Below, in pieces: positions 12,722 through 26,001 of a DNA stretch of 64,000 nt. A model generated the notes under the pieces. The model did no database searches and was not told the origin of the DNA. It saw only the letters and a list, made by a program, of their open reading frames with translations. A program made the position numbers and the translations under genes. Source of the DNA: Dimorphilus gyrociliatus (lineage: Eukaryota > Animalia > Annelida); NCBI GenBank assembly GCA_904063045.1, contig CAJFCJ010000005.1, forward strand, positions 570,815 to 634,814. The letters run 5' to 3'. Position 1 is the first letter of the stretch. Each line of letters starts with the position of its first letter.

Positions 12722-13441
12722 TCTCGTAGACGCTGCTAACAGTCTCAGTTTAAAAACCTTTCCTTATTTATCTGTTAAACCAGTTGTTAAACACAGAAGC
12801 GGTTATGTAAATATGCAAAAAACATTTTAAGGTTTTACTTCTGTAACAGGCCAAAGGTACGTTTCTTTTTTTCTCCATATTGCTTGGCCTTTTAACTAAA
12901 TATTGATGATTCATTTATTTTTATTGAATAAAGTGACTTATGACCTAAAACTAGATTAAGAAATCACCTAAAGTCTAACAAGACTTCTACTTATAGTGTA
13001 TGTGTACAAGCTGCCGCATTACTCTTCTATCGTGACAAAGACATCTTAAATCATTTGTTTAGTAGAGCCAAACAGAAGAAAGTTTACATTGTTACTTTAA
13101 TATTTATTAATTAATGAAATTTATATTGTTAAGTATGGAGTACATTATTCTATTTAAGCAAACACGTTGCCCAGTACAACAAGGTGAAGAGAAACGCAAA
13201 TTGTACCAATTCAATGGCCATCCGGCCCAGTTGTGTTTTGTGATTTGTAGTCGAGTGAAATAATACAGTATATCTTAATACAGAGTAAAATTAAACGTTT
13301 CTTCTCACAGCTAATATGAATGAAGACCCTTTAGTTCAAGTCAGCAGCTCTTGCACTCATTTACTCTAGTTGAAGTAATTTATTCATTAATAATTAATAT
13401 TTATAGACTTTTATAAGTAAAACATTCACTTTTCTTCCTTT

Positions 13442-14815
13442 CTAACATTTATTTATGTCTAGTGAGCATGTTTTATGAAAAGTAAAGGACCCATTAGCGA
13501 CAATCAATTGATTATTATCTTTCTCTTTAAAGTATAACGAAAAAGAGGACATATTGTTAGCAACAACACTAGTACAATTCAATAAATTATTGCATACGTC
13601 AAAACATTCAACAAACCGATTGCATAACTTATCTGATGCGTAAAAGCCTAAAAGTTTATCGCTAGTTGGATAGAGTATAAAGTTTTCATAACAGTTACTA
13701 TAGCCTATAACATAAATATCTATAAATGTAAATTCTTGCTGTGATTTAATCACAACAGAATTACCAACAATTGGAGAAGAACAGTTAAGTGAATAATGAT
13801 ACTTTTCAAATGTCTTTATATAATCTTTCGTTGCCTCTAAACACAATGACAAATTCCAATAATCTAATGGTCCGTTATTTACATATACTAGAAGAGGCGA
13901 CGGCAATGTTTCAAAAGTACTTATGACGATACCTTCGATCTGGGCGCAATCTTCCAATCTAATTATAAACTCTCGGAAATATGCATCGGAAGGTAGCGAA
14001 TACCTTAACGAGTCAGCGTCCAAAATCTCATCTACATTTTCTCCCTCAACGGAGGCTGTATTTGAAGAAACTTTTATATAATATTTAATAAATAATAGCG
14101 GCGTCTCTTTTCTTTCTTTTTACCTATTATCAATAGATTTTCGTTTATAATCGCAGCAGATATGAAATGATAACTATATCTCGATAAATCTCTAAATAAA
14201 ACCCTTTCCTTGTTAAACGAAGCAGTATCCGAAATAGATACAATTGAAAAAGGATATAGGCTCCCAAATCGTTCAACATTTGACAAGTATGATATGCATG
14301 TAAACTGACTCTTTGGTTGTACACCAATTACATCATTCTTTTCAACTTTTGTTATTACATCAACTAGGAAAGATGTTATATTATTCAAGTTTCCAGATGG
14401 TACGGAAGTTGAGCTAATTAGACTATATTTGCCATCATTTTGCTCTCTCCAAATACCTGAATGAATGAAGAAAGTATATCTTAAAATGGACAGCAGTCGC
14501 CAATTATTAAATATTAATAATTACCAAGACTACACTCCAGATCATTACTCCTAATAAATTCCCAACCGATGAGATATCCATCTTGCCCTAATGAGACATT
14601 CTTCAAGAGTATTTTATTTTCTATTCCTTTGGTTTCAACACCACTTTTTGGTAGGTCTAGAGAAGCATTTTCAGGATAAAAATTAAAGAGTAAGTTAGCC
14701 GTCGATCGGTATATCATTAGGATTTCTATAAAGAACATTTACTTGAATTGATTCGTAAGTTCTCGATTAAATTAGGCAACTTACTAAGCAACATATAAAA
14801 GACACGGCTGTTCAT
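13442..14815 (-). CDS. Secreted unnamed-domain + F-type-lectin-like + PAN protein, paralog 2
   Basis: Exon 1 MNSRVFYMLL from 14815 (donor GTAAGT). ORFs 14514-14738 (DGYLIGWEFIRSNDLECSLG), 14074-14388 and 13442-14023 (LNCSSPIVGNSVVI; CFDVCNNLLNC). Confidence 0.75.
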
Positions 14816-15342
14816 TTTTGGCTGATACTGCTATAAATGACCATCTAGAATTTTACCCTTAATGGATTGCTTTGTTTTCAGAACAAAAGATTGCTTCAAT
14901 ATTAAGAAAGAGCAAAAGTAGCCACTTTGCTATTAAAGCCAATAAACACATTTGGAGTTTATCACGTGACTATTTACAAAAATAGTTTATTAATGTGAAT
15001 TAGCCTACGGCATTGTTGATTAATTAATGAGGATTTTATTACGAATTTAACAGATTAATTGGGATTAAAAAGAAGAGATATTATTTATTCTATTTCTTCT
15101 ATTACTTTAAGCTGAACGTTTTCCTAACTAATTCCATCAACTAATTTACTCTTTTATCACTCAGATAGTAAATTACGCAAATAATTAGAATCTTTTTGTA
15201 AAAGTATAGATGGCGTTAATAGTTTGCTCTACGAATTCAAAATAGGAAATTTTGTTCATAATTTCACCATTTATTCAAATATTGTCTCAATAAAATACGT
15301 AAACTGTATAAACTATAAGTAAAAGTAAAAAAAAAAAAATTT

Positions 15343-15414
15343 TAGCAGAGCGTGGTTTCGATCCACGGACCTCTGGGTTATGGGCCCAGCACGCTTCCAC
15401 TGCGCCACTCTGCT
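15343..15414 (-). tRNA. Initiator tRNA-Met(CAT)
   Basis: Reverse complement AGCAGAGTGGCGCAGTGGAAGCGTGCTGGGCCCATAACCCAGAGGTCCGTGGATCGAAACCACGCTCTGCTA. A1:U72 pair, three G:C pairs in the anticodon stem, A54-type T loop. Confidence 0.97.
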
Positions 15415-15707
15415 AAGTTACCTTAAGGGACGAAAACAATGGATAAATTCCACCAGATAATCTAAATATTTTCAATCATAAGCTCAAATTTAAAGTAGAA
15501 AACATTAGAGAACGCAAGAAAGCGAATTTTTCTAGAAATTGGAAGTCGATAAAGTATCGTTACGCTGGAACAGATGTTGAAAAATCTTACTGAAAAAAGT
15601 ATTTAAAAACTTATGCTTGAACAGGTTATTCAAACATTATATAAAAGAAAAAAGATTTTATTCAATATTTTATCTACTACAAGCATATGCTATAAAAAAA
15701 AAATGTA

Positions 15708-15798
15708 CATCTCCGGTGGGACTCGAACCCACAGCCTCCGAATAACCTCGCTCTAGCCTACTAGAAGTCCGACGCGCTATCCATTGCGCCACGGAGAC
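15708..15798 (-). tRNA. tRNA-Arg(TCT) with 18-nt intron, copy 1
   Basis: Cloverleaf; intron GTAGGCTAGAGCGAGGTT after position 37. Confidence 0.93.
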
Positions 15799-16060
15799 GT
15801 TCTGAAATCAATGGTCATTTTTTAAAACATATTTGTCAACTATATTGCTTTTTTTGAATTATCATTTCAATCTTGTACTAATTACGTAACAACGTCATTA
15901 TCATAAAATTTTGGAATACAATTGTTAAATTTAATGAAAATCTACTCGAGTTTTAGAAAATTCCAAACGAATTTTAAAGCGAATGAGATGAATTAAACAA
16001 CTTGAAATAAAAATACAAAAGTTCCATCTTTTTTGAAGGGTTTAAAAAGGAAAAAGTATA

Positions 16061-16151
16061 CATCTCCGGTGGGACTCGAACCCACAGCCTCCGAATAACC
16101 TCGTTCTAGCCTACTAGAAGTCCGACGCGCTATCCATTGCGCCACGGAGAC
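16061..16151 (-). tRNA. tRNA-Arg(TCT) with 18-nt intron, copy 2
   Basis: Same exons as copy 1; intron GTAGGCTAGAACGAGGTT. Confidence 0.93.
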
Positions 16152-16529
16152 GTTCTTGAAATGTTACGGATATATTTTGGGATTTATTTTCACTTTTCCC
16201 AAGTGATATTTCATCAATTTATTGCAGTTGGTTAAGTTTACATGTTGATGCAGAATAAACGTACTAGAAATGATTATATATCTATCTACTTGTTTCTTAT
16301 CTTGGGATTAAAATGATAAAGAAAAAAAGACTAAAGCATCTCAAATATTCTTAAACTTCTGTTATCTTTCTTATGAAAAGCTCTTTTTTTTTAATGAAAA
16401 ATTTCCCTTTAGGAATAATTTATTCAAGTGAATAGAACGTAAGCATAGAAAGTAGATTGCATGGAATTCAAAGAAGTCAATATACGAAATAAATTATTAT
16501 TTAAAAACAGTTGTTTTACTTATAAGAAC

Positions 16530-16620
16530 GTCTCCGTGGCGCAATGGATAGCGCGTCGGACTTCTAGTAGGCTAGAACGAGGTTATTCGGAGGCTGTGGG
16601 TTCGAGTCCCACCGGAGATG
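16530..16620 (+). tRNA. tRNA-Arg(TCT) with 18-nt intron, copy 3
   Basis: GTCTCCGTGGCGCAATGGATAGCGCGTCGGACTTCTA[intron]ATTCGGAGGCTGTGGGTTCGAGTCCCACCGGAGATG followed by a T-run. Confidence 0.93.
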
Positions 16621-17110
16621 TCTGAGATTTTTTTGCTCAAATCCAATTCATAATTGTATCAAGATGATAATGCCGTTGTGTAATACATTAAGTATTATAA
16701 AGATCAAATAAAGAATATAGATAAGTTCAATAATCAATAAAACACATTAAAGACATTCACAAAGTAGAAGATCAGGATTGATTAGCAAACTCTAAACGAT
16801 TGAAGAATGAACATGCTGGAAATAAGTAACAACTTTAATTCTCTTGAATTGAGCACACAATGTCTCCTCTTGCTGTTTCTCTGGTTTGAAGATGAGAATT
16901 AGTGTCATCAAAAGACAAATATTGTATTTCATCCATAAAGAAGGTTAAACACGAATAATAATCGAACAGTTGGATGTTTTTTTATCGATCGATTGAAACC
17001 TTGTAGGCGGTTTCTTTGTTCAAAGTATTAATCATAAAACCATATTTACTAGCAAACACTAAAATTAAAACACTTTTAAAAGTGTTAATCATTTAAACTA
17101 AGAATATTTC

Positions 17111-17359
17111 ATGTCAATAAAAGATTTAATAATTGGTTCATTAATTGGTTTTTATCTTCTATGGACAGTAAATAGTTCAGATTTTAATAATACATTATTA
17201 TAAAATGAAGTAAACAGTACTGCTTCTACTTTAAATGAAACTTGTCTTTCTTACGTTTTAAATGGAAATTTTGATTATGATTCTACTGAATTGAACGATA
17301 GTATGTTCAAGGGCAACATACTCAAGTTTAGCGGTGACATTTCCTGGATAGGGTATTGA
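17111..17359 (+). pseudogene. Possible degenerate LamG-family fragment with in-frame TAA at 17201-17203
   Basis: Frame reads ...FNNTLL*NEV...LNGNFDYDSTELNDSMFKGNILKFS, resembling IGNYENEVHNSNFQGKIYAFKWS and NTLYYYKNG of the neighbouring LamG paralogs. Similarity is short and judged by eye. Confidence 0.3.
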
Positions 17360-17564
17360 TTTTAGATTGATAACTCGAAATTTCCCCTGAGAAATGAAAT
17401 TGAATGAAAGAAGGATACAATTATTCATTCGATATTTGTGACAGAGAAATGTGATCAATTACTTATGATCGATTGAGCAAAGTTCCGGTAATATGTTTGG
17501 CAAAAGATTATGTCAATGACATTAAATCTATCAGAAAAGCAGGTAATCTCTTATTTTATTTCCC

Positions 17565-17636
17565 AGAGAGAGAGGCAGATAGACAGACAGACAGACAGAC
17601 ATACAGACATACAGACAAAGAGAGAGAGAGTAGAGA
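17565..17636. repeat. Compound (AG)n/(AGAC)n microsatellite
   Basis: Direct reading: agagagagaggcagat agacagacagacagacagac atacagacatacagac aaagagagagagag. Confidence 0.9.
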
Positions 17637-17655
17637 ATACGCAAGCGATATTCAA

Positions 17656-18586
17656 ATGAAAATTATTATCTTTAATCTAATTCTCTTAAACGGCATTTTA
17701 GGTTGGAGATATAGTGAATTAAACTAATAAATAGAATTTTATCTCACTATCCTCTTTATTAAACAGGAAGAAAACAATGGCTTTTCAAAGATTCAAACAC
17801 TGTAATATTATACGACTGGCATAACATTAGTAGCAGCAGCCCAATAGCAGATTCCACAACAATATTGGATATCGGTGGCAAAAATAAGAATGCCCTGCTA
17901 TCAGGTAATTCGTTAAAGTATAACGAAGATGGATCGATTTATTTTGGAAAAGACAATTACATGAAGGTTTGATGAATAAAGTATCCTTTAGATTATTTGT
18001 TACATATTTCTAACTTAAAAGATTAACTCGGATCCTGATCTAATACAATCTGGGGATTACACTGTTGAGATTATTGCTAAAATCGAATATCCTTCAAGTG
18101 ATACTTATCAAGTTTATGCTTTAAAGAAAACAGGTCATACAGGTTTTAAAGTATCTAGAAATGGTAATGATCTTCTACTCCATACTCCTTTGGGTGGAGG
18201 TTACGTCTACATACAAACATCAGTATTTAATCAAACCTACACTTATCTCGCAATTAGTTTTAAACATTCAACGAATACTCTTTATTACTATAAAAATGGT
18301 CAATTGTTTGGAAATATAAAAATACTAAACTATAAATCTAACAATCCGATTTATGTTGCTTATTGCCAAGGTTCGTGTGCAAGTAAAGATTTTATTGGTA
18401 ACATTTATGCTTTAAAATGGTCAAATTCGTATAAAGAATCCAATTACTTTATGGAAACTTGGATAAGAGGTAATTATATCTTTTTTTAATTATTCTATAT
18501 CATTATAATCATCAAAACAATCTCATAAGATACTATACAATGCATGTTATTTTCTAGCAACGATATTAGGCCTATTTATTATATAA
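17656..18586 (+). CDS. Secreted LamG/concanavalin-A-like (pentraxin-fold) protein, paralog 1
   Basis: Signal peptide MKIIIFNLILLNGILG; exons WLFKDSNTVILYDW and YTVEIIAK; ORF 18190-18489 (YLAISF...YKNGQL...FIGNIYALKWS); short last exon 18558-18586. Confidence 0.75.
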
Positions 18587-18835
18587 AAAGAACGATATGT
18601 TCACTAAATAGTACTTTTATTGAAACTAATACACAGAGTATTAGATGGACACTTTTTCTTCTTAAAAGATAGACTTTATTATCCTATTAGATGGATTTTA
18701 TAAAATCTATGATGAAATATAATACTGCAATACCATTAATAACGTAATGTTGTATCCTAAATGCTGTATATAATTGTTGAAATTCTCTTTTCAGAAATGT
18801 TAACTAGATTTTAATTTATCTATATTTGCAATCAA

Positions 18836-21800
18836 ATGATTTATTATGGCATTCTACCTTTTTTATACTTTAACTTTGATATTTGCCGAACCTTGTTTTG
18901 TGATTCTTTTAAAAAGACTGTCAATTTAGATGAAACTCTTACAAAAGTACATCCAATATTAAAAGAAGACGAATATTTTATTATTGGACCTTTGAAAGTC
19001 TCTTCGTTAGAGAACAAATCGTACAGTATTGTATATTTTGATCGATACCACACCGGCAAAAGGGAAGACTTGGTCAATCTTTATCAGAAAGCTTGTGAAA
19101 GCAATGGATACGATTCTCTATATCTTCAAAGTTTTTTATGCCCCGAATATAGATGTAGAACCGAAATTGATTTAAATATTAAAAAGATTGACAAAAGCTA
19201 AACTAATAACTCTTTCCTTCCAACAGATAACAAAGGTGTTTCAATATCCTGCAAAGGAAGATCCATAAAGAATGATATATGTACAATGTTGTAAACATGA
19301 TACAAAATATAAAAATAGTAAATTCCTTTATTCGTCCACTTTAACAGAAAGAAAGAACCATGTTCATTACCTACAGGAGTTGTATGTTTAAAATGCTTCA
19401 AAAAAACGAAAACCTGTTCGGTTTTCTTTACTTTTCAAATGTTAACATTACCTTTGTCATTGATAAGAGATTATTTTCAGATTTATTTGCCTTATCTGCT
19501 TTAAACAGTATTGCTGCATTTAACATTTATGCTCGTTTTAATTCGGAAACATTTGCTGTTCTATCATTTCATAATTATACTTTTAACTGCTTAAAAGTTC
19601 TTGAAGTAACTTCATTATCGTTTTATTATGGATTCAATAAAGTGAATACAAGCAAGTTTTGGCTATATGAAGAAGAATCATTCCAGACATATGATAATAA
19701 TAGTACTTTTAAAAAACTTGAATGTTTAAGCTTTCTGTCCAGTAAATATATTATTAATTAATAAATATTAGCTTAAATGTTAACTGTTCAATATTCTTTA
19801 ATAATTTAGAATCATCTATTGTTGATAGAGACATTTTCTTATATGAAAAGAAATTATCATTCAAGAGAGGAGTTACTACTCTTTATCCTCTTTATTACTC
19901 TGACTATTTAGGCCTACTTTCATTTGGCGTTCAAAATGAAGTATATTTACAACAGCTTGTTGATAAAATATGCCGAAGCTATAAACTAAGAGCTTATAAT
20001 AAAAGACCAGAATCTTGCCTTAAAAGTTCTGATTACTATTTAGACAGAATACCATTGCTTTTACGATGTTCTATGACAGATATCAGCTTAGGGAGTTGTG
20101 ACTTTAATACTGAAATATCTTTTGTCACAGTTCTATGCAAAATATATTGTACAAGTAACTTGGGAAAATCTATAGAAGGTAAATAGTAAAGAATAGAATT
20201 GTAAATATACTCTATAAGCTTTTCACATAGAAAATACCTACCGACTTTACAACTCTGAGCATTTATCCATTTACGCTGCTAATCATTACGCCAATAAACC
20301 TAATATCTTAACTGCTAAATTACAAATATATAAACAAAATTTGTGGTTTGAAATAGCAATATCTCCTTTTGAACAAAAACAGGCAAAAGTAATAACAAAA
20401 CATGTAAATAGAACTAGATAAAAGTTTTTTTTTTATATAAACTACGTAGATTGTTTGCAATTATTTCGGTTATAAATATGGATCATATTCTTATAGAAAA
20501 ACGGATAATTATTTATATGATTTTATATATGGATTAAAATGTTCCGAAAATCATACAAATATAGAAGATTGTCTTCAGATTCCCATCGATAAACTACTCT
20601 TTTACGAGGAAATTGAACTAAAGTGTACAAACCTTCAAATATTTCATGGTATTACTTTTTTTTTATAGAGTAACTTCAATAACTTCAATATTCATTAACT
20701 AATTTCTTTATAGAATGTTTTACAAACTATCCAAACTCTCTATCTTTCGAAGAGAATTGCTATTTAATGCTTAATTTTCAAAGGAAAATTTCACACACTT
20801 TTGCCGAAAAGTTGTGTAAAAAACAAAATTTGACTCTTATCTCATTTCAAAATGTTCAAGAAGTATACGGTATGAAATATATGAAACTCTTCTTATCTGG
20901 GAAAAGAGTACAAATGTCATATGAAAATAATGTTCCAAGCTGGAAAAAGAAAAAGAAAAGTCAATACTATACTCTGATGAAATTTATTTAAATTAAATAT
21001 GTATCCTTTTCATTTTTAGCTCTAGATTTTCAAATTGGAAATCTACCAATTGGTATGTTACTTTAAAATAGACAATTCAATAGGAAAAGCTCTTTGATTA
21101 ATATGCGTCACTTTTTATAATTCTATAATAGCTTCTAAGTATATTAAAGATATATCTGGTAATGTATTTAAGGTAACAGCGGATGGCCTACCTATTGATT
21201 TACCTGGCTTAATTACAATTAAATATATTACGTAATTATTAACTTTTATCTCTTTTTCAATGCAAATTGCCGTACAATAATATAAACTTTATGAAATTTC
21301 AAATAGGCAAAAATTATATAAATCCGTGGCTTGTTCAAAAGTATTTCGGCAACACTATGAAACTCTATCACACTTTAAAGACGATACAGATTGTATTTCA
21401 ATCAGTGAGGATGGCTATACAAAAGTTCCATGTAGTTATCAAATCTTTCATACTGTTTTTTGCGAATCGTCGAAAAGAGAATGTATTCGTTTTAAAACTT
21501 TATTATCAGTAGAATAAATAAAATGCTTTGATTTTACAATAGATATACAACGATTAAACTGGAATTCATTACTGTCTATAAAGCCGGTTGAATGCCCAAA
21601 AAATCTATTTATTTGTAAAAAAGTCAATTACTGTATTAGTCTTTTGAATGTTTGCGATTTCTTAAAAGATTGTCCGTTTGGAGACGATGAAGAAAACTGT
21701 ACATATTCCTCTTCTTTTCAATGTTCAACATTCGGAGAGAATGTCAGCTTTCAGTTTGTTTGCGATCACATAACTGATTGTCAAAATGGAGCAGATGAGG

Positions 21801-24800
21801 CAGACTGCGGTAAACTCTTTGTATCATATTAAAATGGGTATACTGTATTATATTTTTTATATTGTTCCTGTTCCTTTAGCCTTCGAATGCAATGAAAATG
21901 AGTAAGTCACTCGCTTTCATCCCTACCACAAGATAGTTTCCATATTAATAATTTCAGATTCAAATGTAAGAATAATGAATGTATACCGAAGGAATTTGTA
22001 TGCGATCAAGAAAAGCATTGTACAGATTCTACAGATGAAGTGTGTTCAAGTTGGTTGAAAATATTTCATTTTCTTTAATTGATAGAGAAGTCTAAAAATA
22101 AAAATATCAATAGATTGTAGTATAGTCTGTAATAATTATTGCTTACGAGAAACGGATGTTTGCGATCTAAAGCAGAGTTGCGCAACTAATTTAGAAGACG
22201 AAAAGGGTGAAGTTTGTGAAAAAAGGCTAAATTTAGACATTTGGAAAGATCGAGCATGGTTTATAACAACATAAATTCTTCCTTTCAGGGAATAAAATGA
22301 TTGCAATTAAGATAAAATTTTTAAACAATAGGTTTAGTAGCTTCTTTACTTGTTACGAAACTATATTGAAAGAGAAATTCCTCCGAGCAAATAACTACTT
22401 GAGAAATCATTCTAAAACTATCTGCTCAGTTAAGTTAAATTATCGAGGGGAGTTGATAACCAAGACACACTATCCTTTTGATGAACTATCCAGTTGTTCC
22501 GATTTTCAATGTTCACTTGGAGAATTAAAATGTAGAGGCGTCGGATATTGCGTCTCTTTAGAATATATTTGCGATGGAATAACTCATTGCGCTTTTGGCG
22601 ATGATGAATTTCAATGCGGTAAATCTATTTATTAATAAACTAACAGGAAATCTCTAATTATAATTATAATCAATGAACTATACTTTCATATTAAAAGATC
22701 AATTTCAACCAATTGGTTCTTATAAATGTCGACTTGTAAGGAAGTTTATTAATATTTTTCAAGTTTGCGATAAAAAAATAGATTGTTTAAACGGAGATGA
22801 TGAAAAGTTTTGCTTCGATTTTGATCCATATCAATGCCATCGATCTTGTAATTGTACTCATAAAATTGTTATGGAATGTAGTCTACCGACTACAGAAGAA
22901 ACTGTTGTACATATTCATAAATTTATTAAAAGAGTTACGTTATTGAATTTTCAAAGTGTTCATACTCTAAATATTTCCAAATCATTATCAATCTCGTATT
23001 TAAATATATCACAGAGTAATCTTGAACATTTCTTTAATTTCGATTGTAGAAATCTGATTATTCTTGATCTACAAAATAATAGAATAACCAATTTATCAAT
23101 AATTCAAGATATGCGTCTATCTAAATTACAATATTTGAATTTAAGAGATAATCCTATAAAGATGGACATAAATTCAACATTTAGGCAATTTTACAATTTG
23201 ATTTATCTAGATATTTCAAAGACAAAAATAATAAGTTTACAATCTACGTTATTCAACGGATTGAAGAATTTAACAGTTTTAAAAATATTAGATTGTTATA
23301 TTAACGAAATAGCTATAACTTCTTTCATGCATAGTACCAATATCGAAGTATTGAATATGCAAAGAACTGCAATTCCTATAGATGTACCAATAACTTTTAT
23401 AAAACCACTCTACAAGTTGAAATATCTTTATTCAAGTATGTTTGAATTATGTTGCTTTGCCAGCAAATCGAGTTCTAAGTTGGAAAAATGCTATCCAGAA
23501 TCTTTATTTAAAACCTGCGACGATTTAATTGGTAATAAATTTCTGCGAGCCGCAATATGGATTGTTAGTATCTTTGGTCTTTCTGGTAATTTAATTGCTT
23601 TTCTACATTATGTAATAAGCAAAAGAAAGACGAAAACTGTAAAAATGTTCCATCTTGGATTGAATTTATCCGATTTTGCGATAGATATTTATTTAACAAT
23701 CATAGCTGCCGTTGATAATTACTATAGAGGTATCTTTCTAGAGCACAGTATTAAATGGAAATATGGAATACTCTGTAATTTTCTCGGAGTATTTGCAGCT
23801 ACTTTTATCCTTTATTCAAATATATGCCTTCTTTATATATCTTTAGATAGATTCTTGGCCCTTTGCTTTCCATTTTGGCATTTAACCATTAACTTTAAGC
23901 GTGTTCCACATCTGATGATTGTATCATTTATTATATTTTTAATCATTTCAATATTGCCCTTGATCATTTTTAATGTATGTTTTCATGTTTCTAAGGTTGA
24001 AAACTGTAAAATTAAAGTCTTTTTTGTAGGATTATTATTCAAGATCAGCAGTCTGCTTACCGATTCATATAACGAATGAAACAACGGATGGCTGGCAATT
24101 TTCTCTTATAACTTTCGGCCTATATACTTTACTAATATGCTGTCTTATATCTTTTCTATATATATTTATGATTTATACAATCGTAATAAAAAACCATACT
24201 GTTGCATTGACGACACGTCAGTCGAAAAATAATCGAATTGGTACATCTGCCTGTTTGATTATCTTCTCAAATGTAACTTGTTTGCTGCCAATATCAATCG
24301 TCGGTATGTTTTTACTCTAAGTAGAAGACAATTCGAGGCTTGTACTCTTAATCTTTGAATTTATTACAAAAAGGACTCCTAGTGTCTAGAAATCTTATCT
24401 TGCTTAACAACGCCATCTATTCTTGGATTATAATCGTGATACTGCCGTTAAACTCTCTTATTAATCCGTATACATATTCATTTAGCGAAATACTATCTTA
24501 TATAAAACTATCAAAAAAGAGGAAGGTTTATATGAGGTAAGATTAACATAAGGATTATATACTGTATAATTTATAATATAAATTATCATAGGGGATAATG
24601 TCTAGTCTACTGATCACTCATTTTTCCCTTTTCTAGAGAAAATGCCTTAAGGAATAATACATTGGAGGAACGGCAGAGTTGTTTGTATAGAATAAACTAG
24701 ACTATCCAATAAGATTGATTTAGTTCCCTTTTCTTTAAATCAAAGATTTCGAGTTTGTTAAAGATTTCAAGAATTTCAATATATTGTATGATTTTGACGA

Positions 24801-25167
24801 ACGGTACGACAATGAGGAATTGATAGTTAGCAAATTACATGTTTACAATATGTATTTTGTCATAATGGATATAACAAGAGCGTTGATAGGTCTACTTGAA
24901 AAGAATTTGGCATTCGATGAGAGACATCCATTTGCGGCTATAGTTCATAGAGTATACGCATTCATTTAGTATATATTAGAACTGAATAAACTTTCCACTC
25001 TATCCTCTTATTAGAAGTATGGCTCTAGATGGAAGACTTTCATTGTATTTTCTCGATTGAAATTCTGCGTTGAAAGCTCTAGAAGTGAAGAATGTATTAT
25101 GATTTTAGGATTATATACCAAGAAAATTCTACTTAATTTTGCAATAAAAAAGAACTCTCTACATTAG
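18836..25167 (+). CDS. GRL101-like LGR receptor B: signal-like start, 2-3 SRCR-like, CTL-like, 6 LDLa, LRR, 7TM, C-terminal kinase-like domain
   Basis: SRCR-like exons at ~19810-20179 and ~20231-20649 (LQIYKQNLWFEI...QAK|IVCNYFGY...LKCSENHTNIEDC). CTL from ~20716 (NCYLM...AEKLCKKQNLTLISF; CISISEDGYTKVPC...FCE). Six LDLa at ~21590-22815 with microexon 21880-21901. LRR/7TM ORF 22673-24079 (LDRF), NPYTY. Final exons 24637-24680, 24746-24951, 25015-25167. The start and exons at 18836-19760 are less certain. Confidence 0.8.
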
Positions 25168-25255
25168 ATAAAACTAGCTATTTACCGTTTTAATTCTTTT
25201 AATATTTACTAAGAGTTATTCAATTTTAAGATCGATGGAAAATGTGTACTTGTAA

Positions 25256-25327
25256 GCCGTGATCGTATAGTGGTTAGTACTTCTCGTTGTGGCCGAGACA
25301 ACCCAGGTTCGAATCCTGGTCACGGCA
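25256..25327 (+). tRNA. tRNA-His(GTG), copy 1
   Basis: GCCGTGATCGTATAGTGGTTAGTACTTCTCGTTGTGGCCGAGACAACCCAGGTTCGAATCCTGGTCACGGCA. Confidence 0.96.
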
Positions 25328-25677
25328 GATCTCTGTCCGGCAATAAGTACCAAATTTTTTTTGGGTTGGGAGATAACAAAAGATTTTATTTTGCCATCAC
25401 CTTTTAGTAGAAAGTTGACATGATCAGGATACTTAAGTAATAAGGCATATGCTCTTCATCCGCTTACCAGTTTTTGAACAAGTTAAAAATAGGCTAACAC
25501 TCTCAGTCAGTCAGATGTTTTTATTTGTTCTTATTTTTCTTTTTTCCTCGAATTGAACTACAGAGATTCTAGATAGTCTAAAAAATTATTATAGAAGACG
25601 AGGGAAATTTTGAGAAAAAGAGCGATAAAAGGGAACAACGTGCCAAAAAAATTGGTACTTATTGCCGGACAGAGATC

Positions 25678-25749
25678 TGCCGTGACCAGGATTCGAACCT
25701 GGGTTGTCTCGGCCACAACGAGAAGTACTAACCACTATACGATCACGGC
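25678..25749 (-). tRNA. tRNA-His(GTG), copy 2
   Basis: Exact reverse complement of copy 1; convergent with it. Confidence 0.96.
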
Positions 25750-26001
25750 TTACAAGTACACATTTCGATAAGGGCTCAAATTTAAATTACCGCTGATAGA
25801 ACTTGATAAAATCGTTCTCTTGAACAGCGCTTAAAAAATGAAGTAAATTATTAATGATGCTCTTTGAGAAAGTGTTCTTATAGATTTTACAAATTTTCTA
25901 TAGAAAACGTAATAAAGATATTTCAATGAAATAAAAACTTATTGTTACTTTCTTCTGGTCAGTTATCGATGGTGACTGTCCACGTTTAAGTCTGCATATG
26001 A

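Noticed and set aside
17069-17086. 18-bp perfect palindrome aacacttttaaaagtgtt
   Set aside because: Short, mostly A/T, single occurrence; plausible by chance in this composition.
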